Made by a program: the position numbers and the translations under genes. The notes under the pieces are model-generated. The model was not told the DNA's origin. It worked only from the letters and a program-made list of their open reading frames with translations, and ran no database searches. Positions 10,638 to 22,310 of a DNA stretch of 37,778 nucleotides are shown piece after piece. Where the stretch lies: positions 1-37,778 of the forward strand of contig NW_003314485.1 of the NCBI RefSeq assembly GCF_000143415.4, read 5' to 3'. Source of the stretch: Selaginella moellendorffii. Its lineage: Eukaryota > Plantae > Lycopodiophyta. Positions within the stretch are counted from its first letter, which is position 1; every line of letters starts with the position of its first letter.

Positions 10638-12491
10638 TCAAGAGCGAGAGACGTTGGTTAGAAGGCGGCTCGACCACAACATCGAGCAGAGAAGTTGCAA
10701 GACTGCATATTATCATAACAGGATTCTCTCCATGGAGAGACCTGACTCTTACCTCTGCATCATCCACGACAAAATGGACCAGAAAAAGACGTGCTTACCT
10801 CGACTCAATCCTGCCCCCAAGGCAATCTCTTCATCCATGCAGCTGCCTGTGTCTCTGTTTGGCATAATCGCTCATGGGCATGTTGCCCAGAACTATGGGA
10901 ACTTCTTTGTACCTCTATGGGGTGGCGGGGGTGCAAACATGATGATTGCGTCCCTAGCAAAACACTTAAGGTCTCTACAAAGTGCGCAGACTGAGCTGAA
11001 CGGCCAACCCTTGCATAAGGCCCTTGTCGATCAAACCCCATACAGGGTTCAGCTGGAGGAGGAGGAAAGGCTTGCAGTATCGCGTGGGGCCCCATGCCAT
11101 CCCAGTGAATATGTTGGCCGTCAGATTGTAGGGTTATCACGTGAGGCCTCATGCCATTCCGACGAGGCTGGTCGCCCGGTGAATGCACAGCCTCATCCAA
11201 ACGAAGCAGAATCTCAAGGAAGTTCTTGCGGCCGATGTGGCCTTCCACCCCATCTTTTGCTCCAAACAGACAATGCTGGCAGTGAGAACAAAAACATGTA
11301 TGTCTTCGCGTACTTGGCGATGCTTGTTGCCAAAGGCATATTTGAAACGGTTACACTTGGCTTTCTCATGGTTGGGCACACTCATGAAGACGTCGATGCC
11401 ATGTTCAGTCAGTTGGCAGAGTCCCTCCGGCGATCCAATGTCCTCACCCTCCCACAACTCTACGATGAATTCCAAAATTGCATCAAAGGCACTATTGAAG
11501 CTGCACTTCTGACAGAGGTTCCAGACTTTAAGGGGTTTGTAAGAGGCTACATCAGGGACGGATCCAAAACGCTGATTGGCCACTCCAAGCCTCTTTAGTT
11601 TCATTTCAGCATGTGTGACGGTGCTCCAGTGATGAGGTACAAGATGAGAGAATGGGACACAGTGTGGCTGCTAGTGGACGGCATTGAACTCTTCAAGAGA
11701 GATCCCATAACTGGGGAACCTATGATTCCTCAGGGTTCCCCACAGCCGATGCACCCGGATGGACTCAAAGACCAGGAAAGTATAGTGGCCGGGATTAGAC
11801 AGCATATTGCCTTCTGGAAGAGGGGGTTGGTGTTTGGTGGAGAATCCTATTTTCAGAGGTGCAAGCCTTTGCTCGAATACTGGGAGAAGATTATATCTGC
11901 TATCCAAAATGGGCCGGTTGTATATGAAGAATTGGAAGAGTCCTTTTAGCCAGAACCCAGAGCACCAGATAGTAGCGGAACAATGTCCTCTGGAAATGCA
12001 GTGACAGATAACAATGTTGAGGATCACTATTGTGGGCCGAGGAACAAGAAGCCGGATTCAGCATTCAATCCAGTACAGGTCTGCAAAGGAATGGTCGTGC
12101 TTGTCAGACCCAGTAATAAAAAACAAATGATATGGGTGGGGCGCTGCATCACTGATGCAGAGGAGGACGCGGAAATTAACTCCTTCAATGTAACTGTGGA
12201 GTGGTTCAAGCCAAGTTCCGGATATACGAAGGATTGCCTAGAAAAGAGATGGGTGCTAAATCCAAGGGATCCCAGCATGAGCATATCGATGGATAATGTT
12301 GTGCATGGTTGGATGCGGAAGCAGAGTGCCACCATCACCTTGCCAGACCATGCAAGAGATGCAGCAAGAGCATTCATAACCCGGGTTCAAGGTGAGATTC
12401 ATGAATATTCCTTTACTAAGTTTCTAATGTATTTTATTTCAAGGTGAACAATCCGAATCTGAATCAGAGGAGGCGTGATGGCATGTGGCCT
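10638..12491 (+). pseudogene. Tandem duplicate of the transposase 3' region (copy of 8722-10575)
   Basis: Constant 1916-bp offset with near-identical sequence. Extra stops at 11596-11598 (CAG>TAG) and 11947-11949 (TGG>TAG). Confidence 0.92.
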
Positions 12492-13574
12492 GAGATGATG
12501 TGACATATGCATTTACCAATCACACATGCATAAATCTAATAATATGGCGTGTGGCCCATATTAATGGCACATAAACCCATATTGTGGGCTTACGTGCTTT
12601 ATGTACCATCATTCCCTTGCAGCGTGTGTGTTGGTTTCCTTTTATAACACAACGAACTCCATATTTTAGGGTGAAGAGCGTTCTCATGGCAAGCACAAAA
12701 TCTGTAAGTGAGGCAGAAAAGGAGACGGACAAGGAGATAGGTGAAGATGTAGAATATATAAGTCTTCCAAACTCCCCATACTATACTCCAGGTGATCATT
12801 TTTCTGAACAAACAGCAATATTAACAACTATCGAGAACGCCCCAGTAACGTCAGAGACAACAATCCAAAGCAAAACAACTGACCCGGAGAAGGATGATAG
12901 TACCGCTGAGAGTACCATAAAGGAGGTGTCCACTAGCGCTTAGGCTTATAATGGCGTGTGCCCTCATGCCATTTACTTGATCACCAAATACCTTTTTCCC
13001 TTTGCACTAGTATATCTTAATACCAGTCTGAGAAATAGAATGGCATGTGCCCTCAGGCCTTTTACTAAATCACCTTTGAAAGAAATGCAAGCCTCTATGT
13101 CGTAAAAAAAAGGTACTAGAGAAATTCCTTAATAATATGAATGTTATTTTGTTTCATGAAAATTTCAAGGGTCAAATGAGTTAAATGACTTCTCTAGACT
13201 AGCAATGCCTCTTGCTACACCTTCACAATTAGATTCCTTAGAAAAAGATAACATTGAATAATATCTAAATGTTCTCACCATTAAGTTATATGTCTGGCTA
13301 ATAGGAATGACGTTCATCTTGGAAAGCTCACCACACGCTCAATGAACAAACAAATAGTGTGTGCGCGCATGCCATCGCTCTTCTTTAGCTTCAGATTCGG
13401 CTTGTTCACCTTGACAATGAGATTTATTATACAACCAGATGGACTCAGTCTGGACATAAAGTCACCGCGCTAGTCACCATGCCCCAGATATGTCTAGCCC
13501 CTGGACAAAAAACATATAATTTCACGTCATTTTCAAATACTTGAAAATTTGTACCTAGTCCCATTTTACTGAAT

Positions 13575-13602
13575 AAATCCCACTTTAACGAAATAAAGCT
13601 TA
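13575..13602 (-). repeat. Right TIR
   Basis: AAATCCCACTTTAACGAAATAAAGCTTA is the reverse complement of the left TIR with 2 mismatches. A degenerate TCCCATTTTACTGAAT sub-repeat lies just inside it. Confidence 0.85.
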
Positions 13603-14660
13603 ATCGGTAACTCCCTGCTCTCACACCTACTCCTAGGCTTGCTCCTACCGTCCCTATTCCTATGCCAACTCCTATTCCTACTCCTCTTTTTCCTTGAAGA
13701 TTGCTTCATTCCCAAGGAACTCCTAACAAAGTTTAGCCCAAAAGAGAAAAATGACTCTTATGGTCTTGATCCTTCCCTATTTTGACTATAGGTGGGCTCG
13801 CTGGAAAGGGCTCAACCCCGTCTACCCTTTATCACAAGAGTTTGTGAAGAAGCTACCTCAATATTCCCCAAAATCCAAGAAGAGGTAGCCCAGAACACCA
13901 ATATTATGGAAAAACATGTGCATGTCACTGATGTAGATCGATACTAAGGTGCCATTGGTAGTTTGGAAAGCATAGGACCATGAGCACCTCTAGAAACAAA
14001 CGTCATCCAAAACAAAGCCCAGAGAAGCACAAATTCTTGCTACAAAGATGACCCAATCTAACCAAAGAAGAAAATCCTTTTGCATGTTGTCAATTTGCCC
14101 AAATCTAGTGCCAAGAATCACCACTACTTGTAAATCTAGGCCAAATCTACAAGCCCAAATGCACTACTTTGAGAAATTGGGCCAAGGATCTAGGCAAGGA
14201 AGTGAAAACCCCAAAATGTTCATCAAACCGAGCCAAGAAATTGTAAACCACAAATTTTTCCTTTCCAATTTGCCAGCTTACCTCGTCTATCCAACCAACA
14301 CCGCCTTGGCTTTAGCTAAGTTCCCTCGCCAAGGTTCCCGCCTATGGTACCAGCTCCTACTTGGTCCTACTTGGTTTCAGCTATTCATTGCACAAGCAAC
14401 GGAGCGTTAGCCATCCATCCACGGATTCTCAAATCTCTCCCAATCCCCCTCCCCGGGTTAGACTGGACTTAAGGTTTAGCTACACTCCCCGTAGGCACAA
14501 GCAGCCAAGCACACCAAGTCTCCAGGTTCCTAACCTCCCTTGGTACCACAAGATTTGATTATAGGACCCTCTAAATCCCAAGTCTTGGGTGCAACACATG
14601 CTTCGGGATGCAGGGGCGAAACACCGTGGCTTAACGGCCCAATATGGGTACCTCTACCCC

Positions 14661-14905
14661 NNNNNNNNNNNNNNNNNNNNNNNNNNNNNNNNNNNNNNNN
14701 NNNNNNNNNNNNNNNNNNNNNNNNNNNNNNNNNNNNNNNNNNNNNNNNNNNNNNNNNNNNNNNNNNNNNNNNNNNNNNNNNNNNNNNNNNNNNNNNNNNN
14801 NNNNNNNNNNNNNNNNNNNNNNNNNNNNNNNNNNNNNNNNNNNNNNNNNNNNNNNNNNNNNNNNNNNNNNNNNNNNNNNNNNNNNNNNNNNNNNNNNNNN
14901 NNNNN
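14661..14905. other. Assembly gap (N run)
   Basis: 245 N bases. Confidence 1.
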
Positions 14906-15038
14906 TTCCTAAACCTCTGTAAGCAACCAAAGGGAACGACTCGAGAGACGATCCATAGGGGTTCAAATACAGAGGGAAAGGGCCCATGAACAAGAGTGCA
15001 CCCCCTTTTCCATCGGTTAAGGGTCTTGGGATAGTTGG

Positions 15039-15094
15039 AGTTAAGCGTCCTTGGGTTTGAATAGTACTGGGCTGGGTGACCTCTCGGGAAGTCC
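15039..15094 (+). promoter_or_regulatory. 5S rRNA-derived Pol III internal promoter (A box, IE, C box) in the 5' LTR
   Basis: AGTTAAGCGTCCTTGGGTTTGAATAGTACTGGGCTGGGTGACCTCTCGGGAAGTCC resembles plant 5S AGTTAAGCGTGCTTGGGCGAGAGTAGTACTAGGATGGGTGACCTCCTGGGAAGTCC. Confidence 0.85.
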
Positions 15095-15437
15095 AAACTC
15101 AGGAGCTTACATTTGGTATCAGAGGGGTCTCGGGTCCGACTCTGTTGGTTGGCTAGGGGAATCACACCACATGTTGTTTGACATCTGGCTGGTCTAGTTT
15201 GCTCCGCTGGGCTCGACCCGAGGGGTAGGGTGTCAAGAGAGCAAGGCTCTCGGGAGAGCTGCGGCTCTCAGCTTCCGTTCACGAGGGCGTGAACTTGCAG
15301 GGAAGCGTGGTGGATTGTAAGCAACCAAAGGGAACGACTCGAGAGACGATCCATAGGGGTTCAAATACAGAGGGAAAGGGCCCATGAACAAGAGTGCACC
15401 CCCTTTTTCAATCGGTTAAGGGTCTTGGGATAGTTGG

Positions 15438-15493
15438 AGTTAAGCGTCCTTGGGTTTGAATAGTACTGGGCTGGGTGACCTCTCGGGAAGTCC
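15438..15493 (+). promoter_or_regulatory. 5S rRNA-derived Pol III promoter in the 3' LTR
   Basis: Same sequence as 15039-15094. Confidence 0.85.
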
Positions 15494-15597
15494 AAACTCA
15501 GGAGCTTACAACCTCACTATCCCTACTATACTTTTGGAACCCCCTGTAACCCCTTGGGAGACGCACGCTTTGGGCTTTCACCCCTTGACCTGTATTA

Positions 15598-15815
15598 GTA
15601 CTCAAACTTGGTCTCGAACTCGATCTTGGACCCAATCTTGGACTCGACTTCGGACTCAACCTCAGACTTGGTCTCGGACCCAATCTCGGATCTCAGACTC
15701 TGTCTCGAACTTGGTCTTGAACTCGGTCTCCAAATTGGCTTCAGGCTCGATTCTAGACTCTATCTCGAATTCGGTCTCAGAGTCGGTCTTGGACTCGATC
15801 TCAGACTCGGTCCTA
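15598..15815. repeat. Degenerate 6/12-bp minisatellite (GACTCG/GTCTCG/ATCTCG units)
   Basis: Repeated GACTCGGTCTCA/GACTCGATCTCG-like units; produces the low-complexity ORFs in this region. Confidence 0.75.
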
Positions 15816-15895
15816 TCCGATGAACTCTTTGTCATTTTGGTCATGCTTTCGGGGATCCTTTAGCCTACGACACCTCAGGGTGTTGGTTCCTTACA

Positions 15896-18800
15896 ACTCC
15901 ACCACCCATAGAAGAAGTTCGATGCCCACATTAAATGTCTCTTTTTATCCTACTACTTGTTGACGATGTCTCCGAAGCATCCCCCCACTTAGCGGTGTGC
16001 CTAAGTTAGTCTCTTCGGCCAAGAACCCATGACAACGGAATATAGGTGTCCCTATACCCCTCACCCCACCATGCTTTAGTATGGGGTTGGGACTTGAACC
16101 CAGCCTTGCTTTACTAGGGGGTTGGGACTTGAACCCAACCTCCATAGAATATGTCTAAGGATTCGACATCCTCGTGGGGAGTCGGGCGTAGTTCTCTACG
16201 CTTGGTCAACCTAGCTAACCCATGCTAATTAGGTTACCTTCGGTGCGCCTTCAGGTCCCAACATATGCCATTGCTCAACTTTGCAAATGGATGCTTTTAA
16301 TTGAACTTTGCATAAGTACATAGAGTTCTGCCTTGCAAAAATTCCTCCACTAGATCTCGTGCGTTTGCTAGGTTCTCCTTTGGTTCCCATGTTGCTTCGC
16401 AGTGTGGAAATCCTTTCCACTTCACATGGAACTCCCTCACTTCATGTCCTTGTCGCTTGCTCTTGCGCGCATTGAGGATGGCCTCCACTTCGTATTCCTC
16501 TTCCCCTTGGATAACCTCAAGTAAAGGTCTCACTTGGTCCTTGCAAAGCGGATCCTCAAAGTACGGCTTGAGTAGGTTCACATAGAACACTGGGTGCATC
16601 TTCCCCATCTCTCGAGGAAGTCGAAGGTGGTAAGCCACTTTACCAATTCGTGCCTCAATCTCGTAAGGCCCCACGAACCTGTTTAAGGAACTCAAGATCA
16701 GTTCATTTCCAGGAATACATACATCTTACCTTTGGGTCAACTTCCAGCTGATCCCACTTGGTAGCCTTAGGTTCTTAGTGTTCAGCCACACCACACCTTC
16801 TCCCCAGGTTGGAACTCTACGTACCGACGCTTCTAGTTTGCATACTTGGTTTGCCTTTGTTGAGCCCATTCCAAGGAATCCCTTACTAGATTCCAAATGT
16901 TGAGTCTTTCCGCCGTGGATGCCTCCACTGCGGGTAACTCTTCATGGTACTCGGCTACGCCAAGTTCCACAGGACCTTCAATAGCTCGCCCATTGATGAC
17001 TTCCCATGGACTCACCCCGATACTTGAGTGTGGTGAGTTGTTATAGCACATTTCTGCAAGTCCCAAATGACTTACCCAATCAATTTATTCTCTGGATACA
17101 TAGCATCGCAAATAATCTTCCAGCTGCCTATTCACCCTTTCCGTTTGTCCATCTGTCAAGAAGTGTTAGTGCCATCCAACTTGACTTAATACCCCATTAC
17201 CTGTCTGTGGGTGATAGGCTGTGCTGAATTTCAACTTGGTGCGATACTGTTCCAAGAGAGTTCTCCAGAACCTGCTGATGAAGATCTTATCTCAATCTAA
17301 GATGATCTCCTCTAGCCTTCCCCGCACTCGAACCACTTGTTCGAAGAATAGCTTTGCCACACCTTCTGCATCCACCTCCATTATGGTGGGTATGAAATGT
17401 GCCATCTTTGAAAATCGGTCCACCACTATGAATATCACATCAAACCCCTCACTTGGGGGGAGTCCCGTGATGAAGTCCATCATAAGATATTTCCACGGAT
17501 GATCTAGAATTGGGATGCTTTGCAATAAGCCCCCACTAGCCTTAGTCACGGCTTTGACCTGCTGACATGTTAGACATGTCTTTACATAGTCTTGGACGTC
17601 CTTAGCCATATTTAGCCAATGGTACTTCCTCTTGAGTAAGCAAATTGTCTTGGGCACTCAGCCATGTCCCGCAAGAGGTCCATCATGACACTCTTCTAAG
17701 GCTACTTTCTTTAGTTCCCCTTCTGGGACATACACCCTCGTTTGTTTATAATAGATGAATCTGTTGTGTTCCGCATAGCCCGTTTTCTCTTCCGTTGGTA
17801 GCTCACCCCTTTGGTGAGCTTCCCATGCCTCTAGATTCCTCAGCAACACTTTTTGTGCTAGACCATCATTCTCATATGTTGTCCGCACATCATCCCAAAA
17901 GGTTGCTGTCGCACTGGATATTGCCAACTTCAAGCTCGCTTTTCGACTTAGTGCATCCGCCATGATGTTGCTCTTCCCAGGCTTGTACAGAATCTCGCAA
18001 TAAAACTCAGCCAAAGCATTGGCCCACCGACCCAATTTTCCTTTCAGGTCGGGCTGTGACAAGAAACGTTTCATTGCCATATTGTCCGTGTAAACCTTGA
18101 AGTGTCTCCCAAGGTAGTGTCGCCACTTCTTGAGCACCTTGACCATCGCAAACAATTCCTTCTCGTGGGCAGGCCACTTCCATTGAGCCTTGTCCAACTT
18201 CTTCGAGAAGAAAATGCTACTGGATGGTTGTCTTGCTTCAAGTTTAAAGTATTCGTTTCTACCTCAAAGTCCTTACCAAAGTCTGGTAACGCCAACACGG
18301 GAGCCTTCCTCAACTTCCCCTTGAGGTGGACAAATGCCACCTTGCATTCCGCTGTCCATACCATCTTCCTTTTTCCCGTTTGGTCCGTTAAAGGCAGGGC
18401 TACTCTCGAATAGTGTTTGATAAACTTTTGGTAGTAGTTGCATAGCCCCAAGAATGCCCTTAACTTGTGTACATTCGATGGTCGCTCCCAATCCTGGATC
18501 ACTTGGACCTTCTCAGGGTCCACCTTGAGCCCGTCCTTGCCCACCACATGCCCGAGAAACTTTACCTCTTATTGAGCAAAGTCACATTTGCTCTCTTTAG
18601 CATATAGCTAGTGTTCCCTTAGTTTCTCAAACACCTTTGCTAAGTGTTCAGCATGCTCCTCTAGCATTTTGCTATAGATCAAGATGTCGTCAATATAGAC
18701 GACCACAAAGTGATCCAAATAGGGTACAAAGATGTGGTTCATCAATGCTGAAAACGTTGCCGGTGCATTGCATAGCTCGAAGGGCATCACCAGAAACTCA

Positions 18801-20250
18801 AAGCTCCCATACCTTGTTCAACAAGTTGTCTTCTCGACATCTTCCTTTGCTACTCTGATCTGGTAGTATCCTGACCTTAGGTCAATCCTCGAAAAGTATT
18901 TTGTTTTTCCCAACCAATCGAACAGGTCCTTAATCCTTGGCAAAGGGTACTTGTTCTTCTTTGTATACTTGTTGAGCAACTGGTAGTCTATGCACATGCG
19001 CATAGATCCATCTTTCTTTTTCACAAATAACACCAGCGTCCTATACGGCGACTTGCTCAACCTAATATACCACCAACTCCTCTAGTTGGTGCTTGAGCTC
19101 CTTGAGTTCTTTTTCATTCAAACGATACGAGGGATGAACCACCGCCTCAGCACCCTCGACTAACTCAATATTATGTTCTATCAGTCGTATGGGGGGCAAC
19201 CCCGCTGGTAGCTCCTCCGGCATGGTATCCTGGAATTGGTCCAACACCCGCTAGATCACTAAAGGTACTTCTTCCGTTCCCGTCTTTTGTCACTCTTCAC
19301 TGAGAGTAAGCACAAAAATGCTACCTTGGTTCTTTTAGTGAGTTGTCCTCTTATAGACACCAAGTTTAAGCAGGAATTTTTCGCCTTGCATTGCCCTATC
19401 TTTAGATCCTAGGCCTCCACTCTAGATCTTCTTCCTTGGGCATTCGTTAGTACCACAAGGTTCCTACCTTGTCCATGCAAGGCTACCACGAACTGATTAA
19501 ACTAATCCATCCCGAAGATCACGTCAAATCTCACCATGTCCAACACGGTGAAATCCATGTCTACTTTCTATATCCTTACTTCAACTCTCGCTTGTCGGAG
19601 TACCTCATTGGTGCTTTGGCTACCTTGAACAAACTCTATAGTCCTTGGTTCTCCCAGCCACTACACCGTTAGTCCAGCTTGCCGGACTATGTCTGCAGCC
19701 ACAAAATTATCTGAAGCACCCATGTCAATAAGGATCTTAACAAAGCTACCTCAGAGGGCTAGTAGATGTCGCGAACGACTCTCTACCAAAGTTGCTCGTG
19801 TAATGAGTAACTTTGAGCTAGGGGCTAGATCACATACCTCATTTTGGATTTCACCCGACTTAATGGCCATATTGGCTTTGTCCTTCTTCGAGTAGGGACA
19901 TTCCCTTGAAAAGTGTTCCGCTTCACCGCAACTGTAGCATACGTTGTTTCCCACGCTGCTAACCAACTTGACCTTTTTATCCGTGGGTTTGTCTCTTTTT
20001 GCTTGACTTCCCCACGTATTTGCTCGCTGGCCACCAGATTTGCCTTTCCGGAACCCTAAGGACTCATTCTTAGAGAAACTCTTCTTGAATTTTCGTTGAA
20101 ATGCACCTTGATGGCCGCATCCAACGCTTCCTTATAGTTGGTCAGGTTCCAACGCATCACCTCACCGCGAGCCCAGGTTTACAAGCCTGATATGAAGGCA
20201 TGGAACGCATCCATATCCCCCATGTCCGTCTCTCCATGCCCACGCCTTAA
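15896..20250 (-). mobile_element. Decayed Ty3/Gypsy chromovirus internal region (gag-PR-RT-RH-IN-chromodomain)
   Basis: Zinc knuckle CYSCGEAEHFSREC; RT motifs [27 protein letters not shown] and [10 protein letters not shown]; RNase H HEKELFAMV...VYTDN; integrase CLTCQ, MDFITGLP, VVDRFSKMAHF; GPY motif; chromodomain EYEVEAIL...VKWKGFP...TWEP. Many stops and frameshifts. A candidate PPT is followed by TGTAAGG at 15895. Confidence 0.92.
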
Positions 20251-20331
20251 CACCATCACTTTGATCTCTAAAGAACTAGAATAAGCTTTGAGATATTTAA
20301 AAAGGGGTTTTGTTTAAAAAGAGCTCAAAAA

Positions 20332-22310
20332 TGTAGCGCACATGATTTTTACCTTTTATCTTATGGTGATTTACCATAGGATAACCACGAATTAAAACCT
20401 AAACCCTCCATGTGCCACATATCATATGCCATGTGTCACATGCCATGTGTCCAAAGGACAGTGGTGTGGAACCTGAGTTTTAGATCCTTGGGCCACTGAA
20501 TGAAGGAACGGTGCCAAGCTCCTAAGCATGGAGGTAAGGAGCGATGGCATTGGAGCACGAAATGACTCCCAAGCATACAGCCTAAGGAGTGAAGGGACAC
20601 ATTGCTTATTATCACATGGATATGATATAAAATCACAATGACTTGATCATCAATTGAGCAATATCACAAATAACACCTATTCACTACTACAAAGGTTTAT
20701 GTGAGTATCAAGTGTCAACTTAATTCGACAAAATGCAACATAAACGCCACACTCCACCGATATAGATTTATAACACCCAACACCACTAATTTTTGTTCAT
20801 AACACGGACAAGCTCATGCCACTCTCTTTCCGACCAAACTCAAAACTAATCTAACACCAAATTATTCAAGGAGCAATAGCAAAGTTCCCTGGAATAGAAT
20901 TGAGCATTGCAACCCAAGTCTTCCAATAGTAAGCCTAGACAAAATGGTATAGCGCTTCACCACTATCCATCCCACGACTCACTATTTGCAAGACCATCAT
21001 TTCCAACATGCATCAAGGTAGGGACTTTTGATTGCATGATGTGAACACGAGCAATGAGTTAGCACCTTATTATGAATCATCTCTCCGAGAAGAGAAAAGG
21101 ATTTACATGTTTGATCCTTCATCCCTTATGACTCTCTTTTCAGTCTTATCTTTCGACCAAACCTCAAGCTTGCTTTCACATTACCTTTAGTCCAATCCAA
21201 GAAAAGTTTATGAGAAAGCACGGCAATGAGTACTTGAATCAATAGACTAATCCTTACAATCTTTGATTGATCCACTTTTAATCATGCCTAGGAAGGATCC
21301 ACTAGTGCCATACTAAATAGCTATGGACCAGCCTATTTGCCACTCATAACAAACTGAGGAAAGGTTACTTTCACCCATGGTACATGGAACTACTCATAGA
21401 ACCATTGATAGGCTAACATTAATCCTGCCAACTCAAAGTGTAACATTGAGTTGCTAATGTGCCTCACTCACGAGCCCAAGTGCAAACTTGTGCAAAAATG
21501 GAACAACTCAATCCATCTTATGAGCCCAAGAGCAAGCTCATATCATAAGGTACAACAAGGTAACCAAATCCATACCCAAGGAACGATTGCGAAGCCTTTG
21601 CATCCAAACATATACCCACTTGGATCATCGTTTTCATCTCTGCGTATACAACGAGACTAGTTGCCCAATCTCATTGTATAGTACTCGCTGAGACTCATCC
21701 TTTGATACCAAATATAGCGCATATGGTTTTTACCCTTTATCCTATGGTGATTTACCACAGGATAACCACAAAGTGGAACGTAAACCCTCCATGTGCCACG
21801 TATCATATGCCACATGTCACATGCCACGTGTCCAAAGAATAGTGGTGTGGAACCTAAGTTTTAGGGCCTTGGGCCACTTAATGAAGGAACGGTGCCAAAC
21901 TCCCAAGCATGGAGGTAAGGAGAGATGGTACTAGAGCACGGAACGACTTCCGAACATACACCCCAAGGAGCGAAGGGACAAGAGCACGAAGCAACTTGGA
22001 ACAGTCTTAGTATTCAACATCCCAATGCCAGGACTAGCATGCAAAATGGAGCCAAACGAAGTCTAACGCTATTTCGGCATACTGGTGGCCTAACGCAAGG
22101 ACATAGGTATTCCACCAGCTAGCATGGTGTGGAACTTGGGTTTAAACCCAAGTCGGATGCAAAACAAGGACAGGCATGCAAGCAGACTATGCCTCAAGTT
22201 GATCGGCCATGCCTAATCTACCCATTATCCCTACTATACATTTGGAACCCCCCACAGTGCCCCCCCCCCCCCAAGGAACACATGCCTTGGGCTTTCACCC
22301 CAAGCCTCCT
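20332..22310 (-). mobile_element. Degenerate LTR retroelement remnant with two related LTR ends and a PBS
   Basis: Diverged direct repeats at 20332-20600 and 21713-21980, starting TGTAGCGC and TATAGCGC. TGATACCA (reverse tRNA-Met PBS) at 21703-21710 is adjacent to the second copy. Confidence 0.65.

Larger units (their letters stand above)
2574..13375. repeat. Dispersed 22-bp palindrome ATGGCRTG-N6-CAYGCCAT (~16 full-length copies plus half sites)
   Basis: Copies start at 2574, 3650, 3725, 5087, 5228, 6703, 7149, 7247, 7317, 9163, 9220, 10562, 11079, 11136, 12951, 13040 and 13354 (several degenerate). Half sites at ~2290, 12478 and 12544. Confidence 0.9.
2187..13602. mobile_element. 11.4-kb TIR DNA transposon with Sola-like DDD transposase and cargo genes
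   Basis: 28-bp terminal inverted repeats (26/28 identical). Flanking ATC at 2184-2186 and 13603-13605 (or a TA TSD if the ends are 2189/13600). Internal transposase, and an element-specific palindrome throughout. Confidence 0.85.
14918..15510 (+). mobile_element. Complete Cassandra-type TRIM retrotransposon
   Basis: Near-identical TG...CA LTRs at 14918-15111 and 15316-15510. tRNA-Met PBS TGGTATCAGAG at 15114, purine-rich tract before the 3' LTR, and 5-bp TSD ACCTC (14913-14917 and 15511-15515). Each LTR has a 5S rRNA-like core. Confidence 0.93.

Noticed and set aside
12584-12943. Independent gene
   Set aside because: Low-complexity acidic/Thr-rich ORF without an ATG start; at most a terminal exon of the transposase transcript.
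2574-13375. Palindromes as a CRISPR-like array
   Set aside because: Spacing is irregular (tens of bp to kb), copies lie within ORFs and introns, there are no cas genes, and the context is eukaryotic.
14530-15165. ORFs spanning the N run
   Set aside because: Artefacts of the assembly gap.
15039-15493. Genuine 5S rRNA genes
   Set aside because: Only ~56 nt of the internal promoter region is present, embedded in LTRs.
20410-20450. CATGCCAT-like words as extra palindrome copies (also 36516)
   Set aside because: They lack the 8-6-8 dyad structure.
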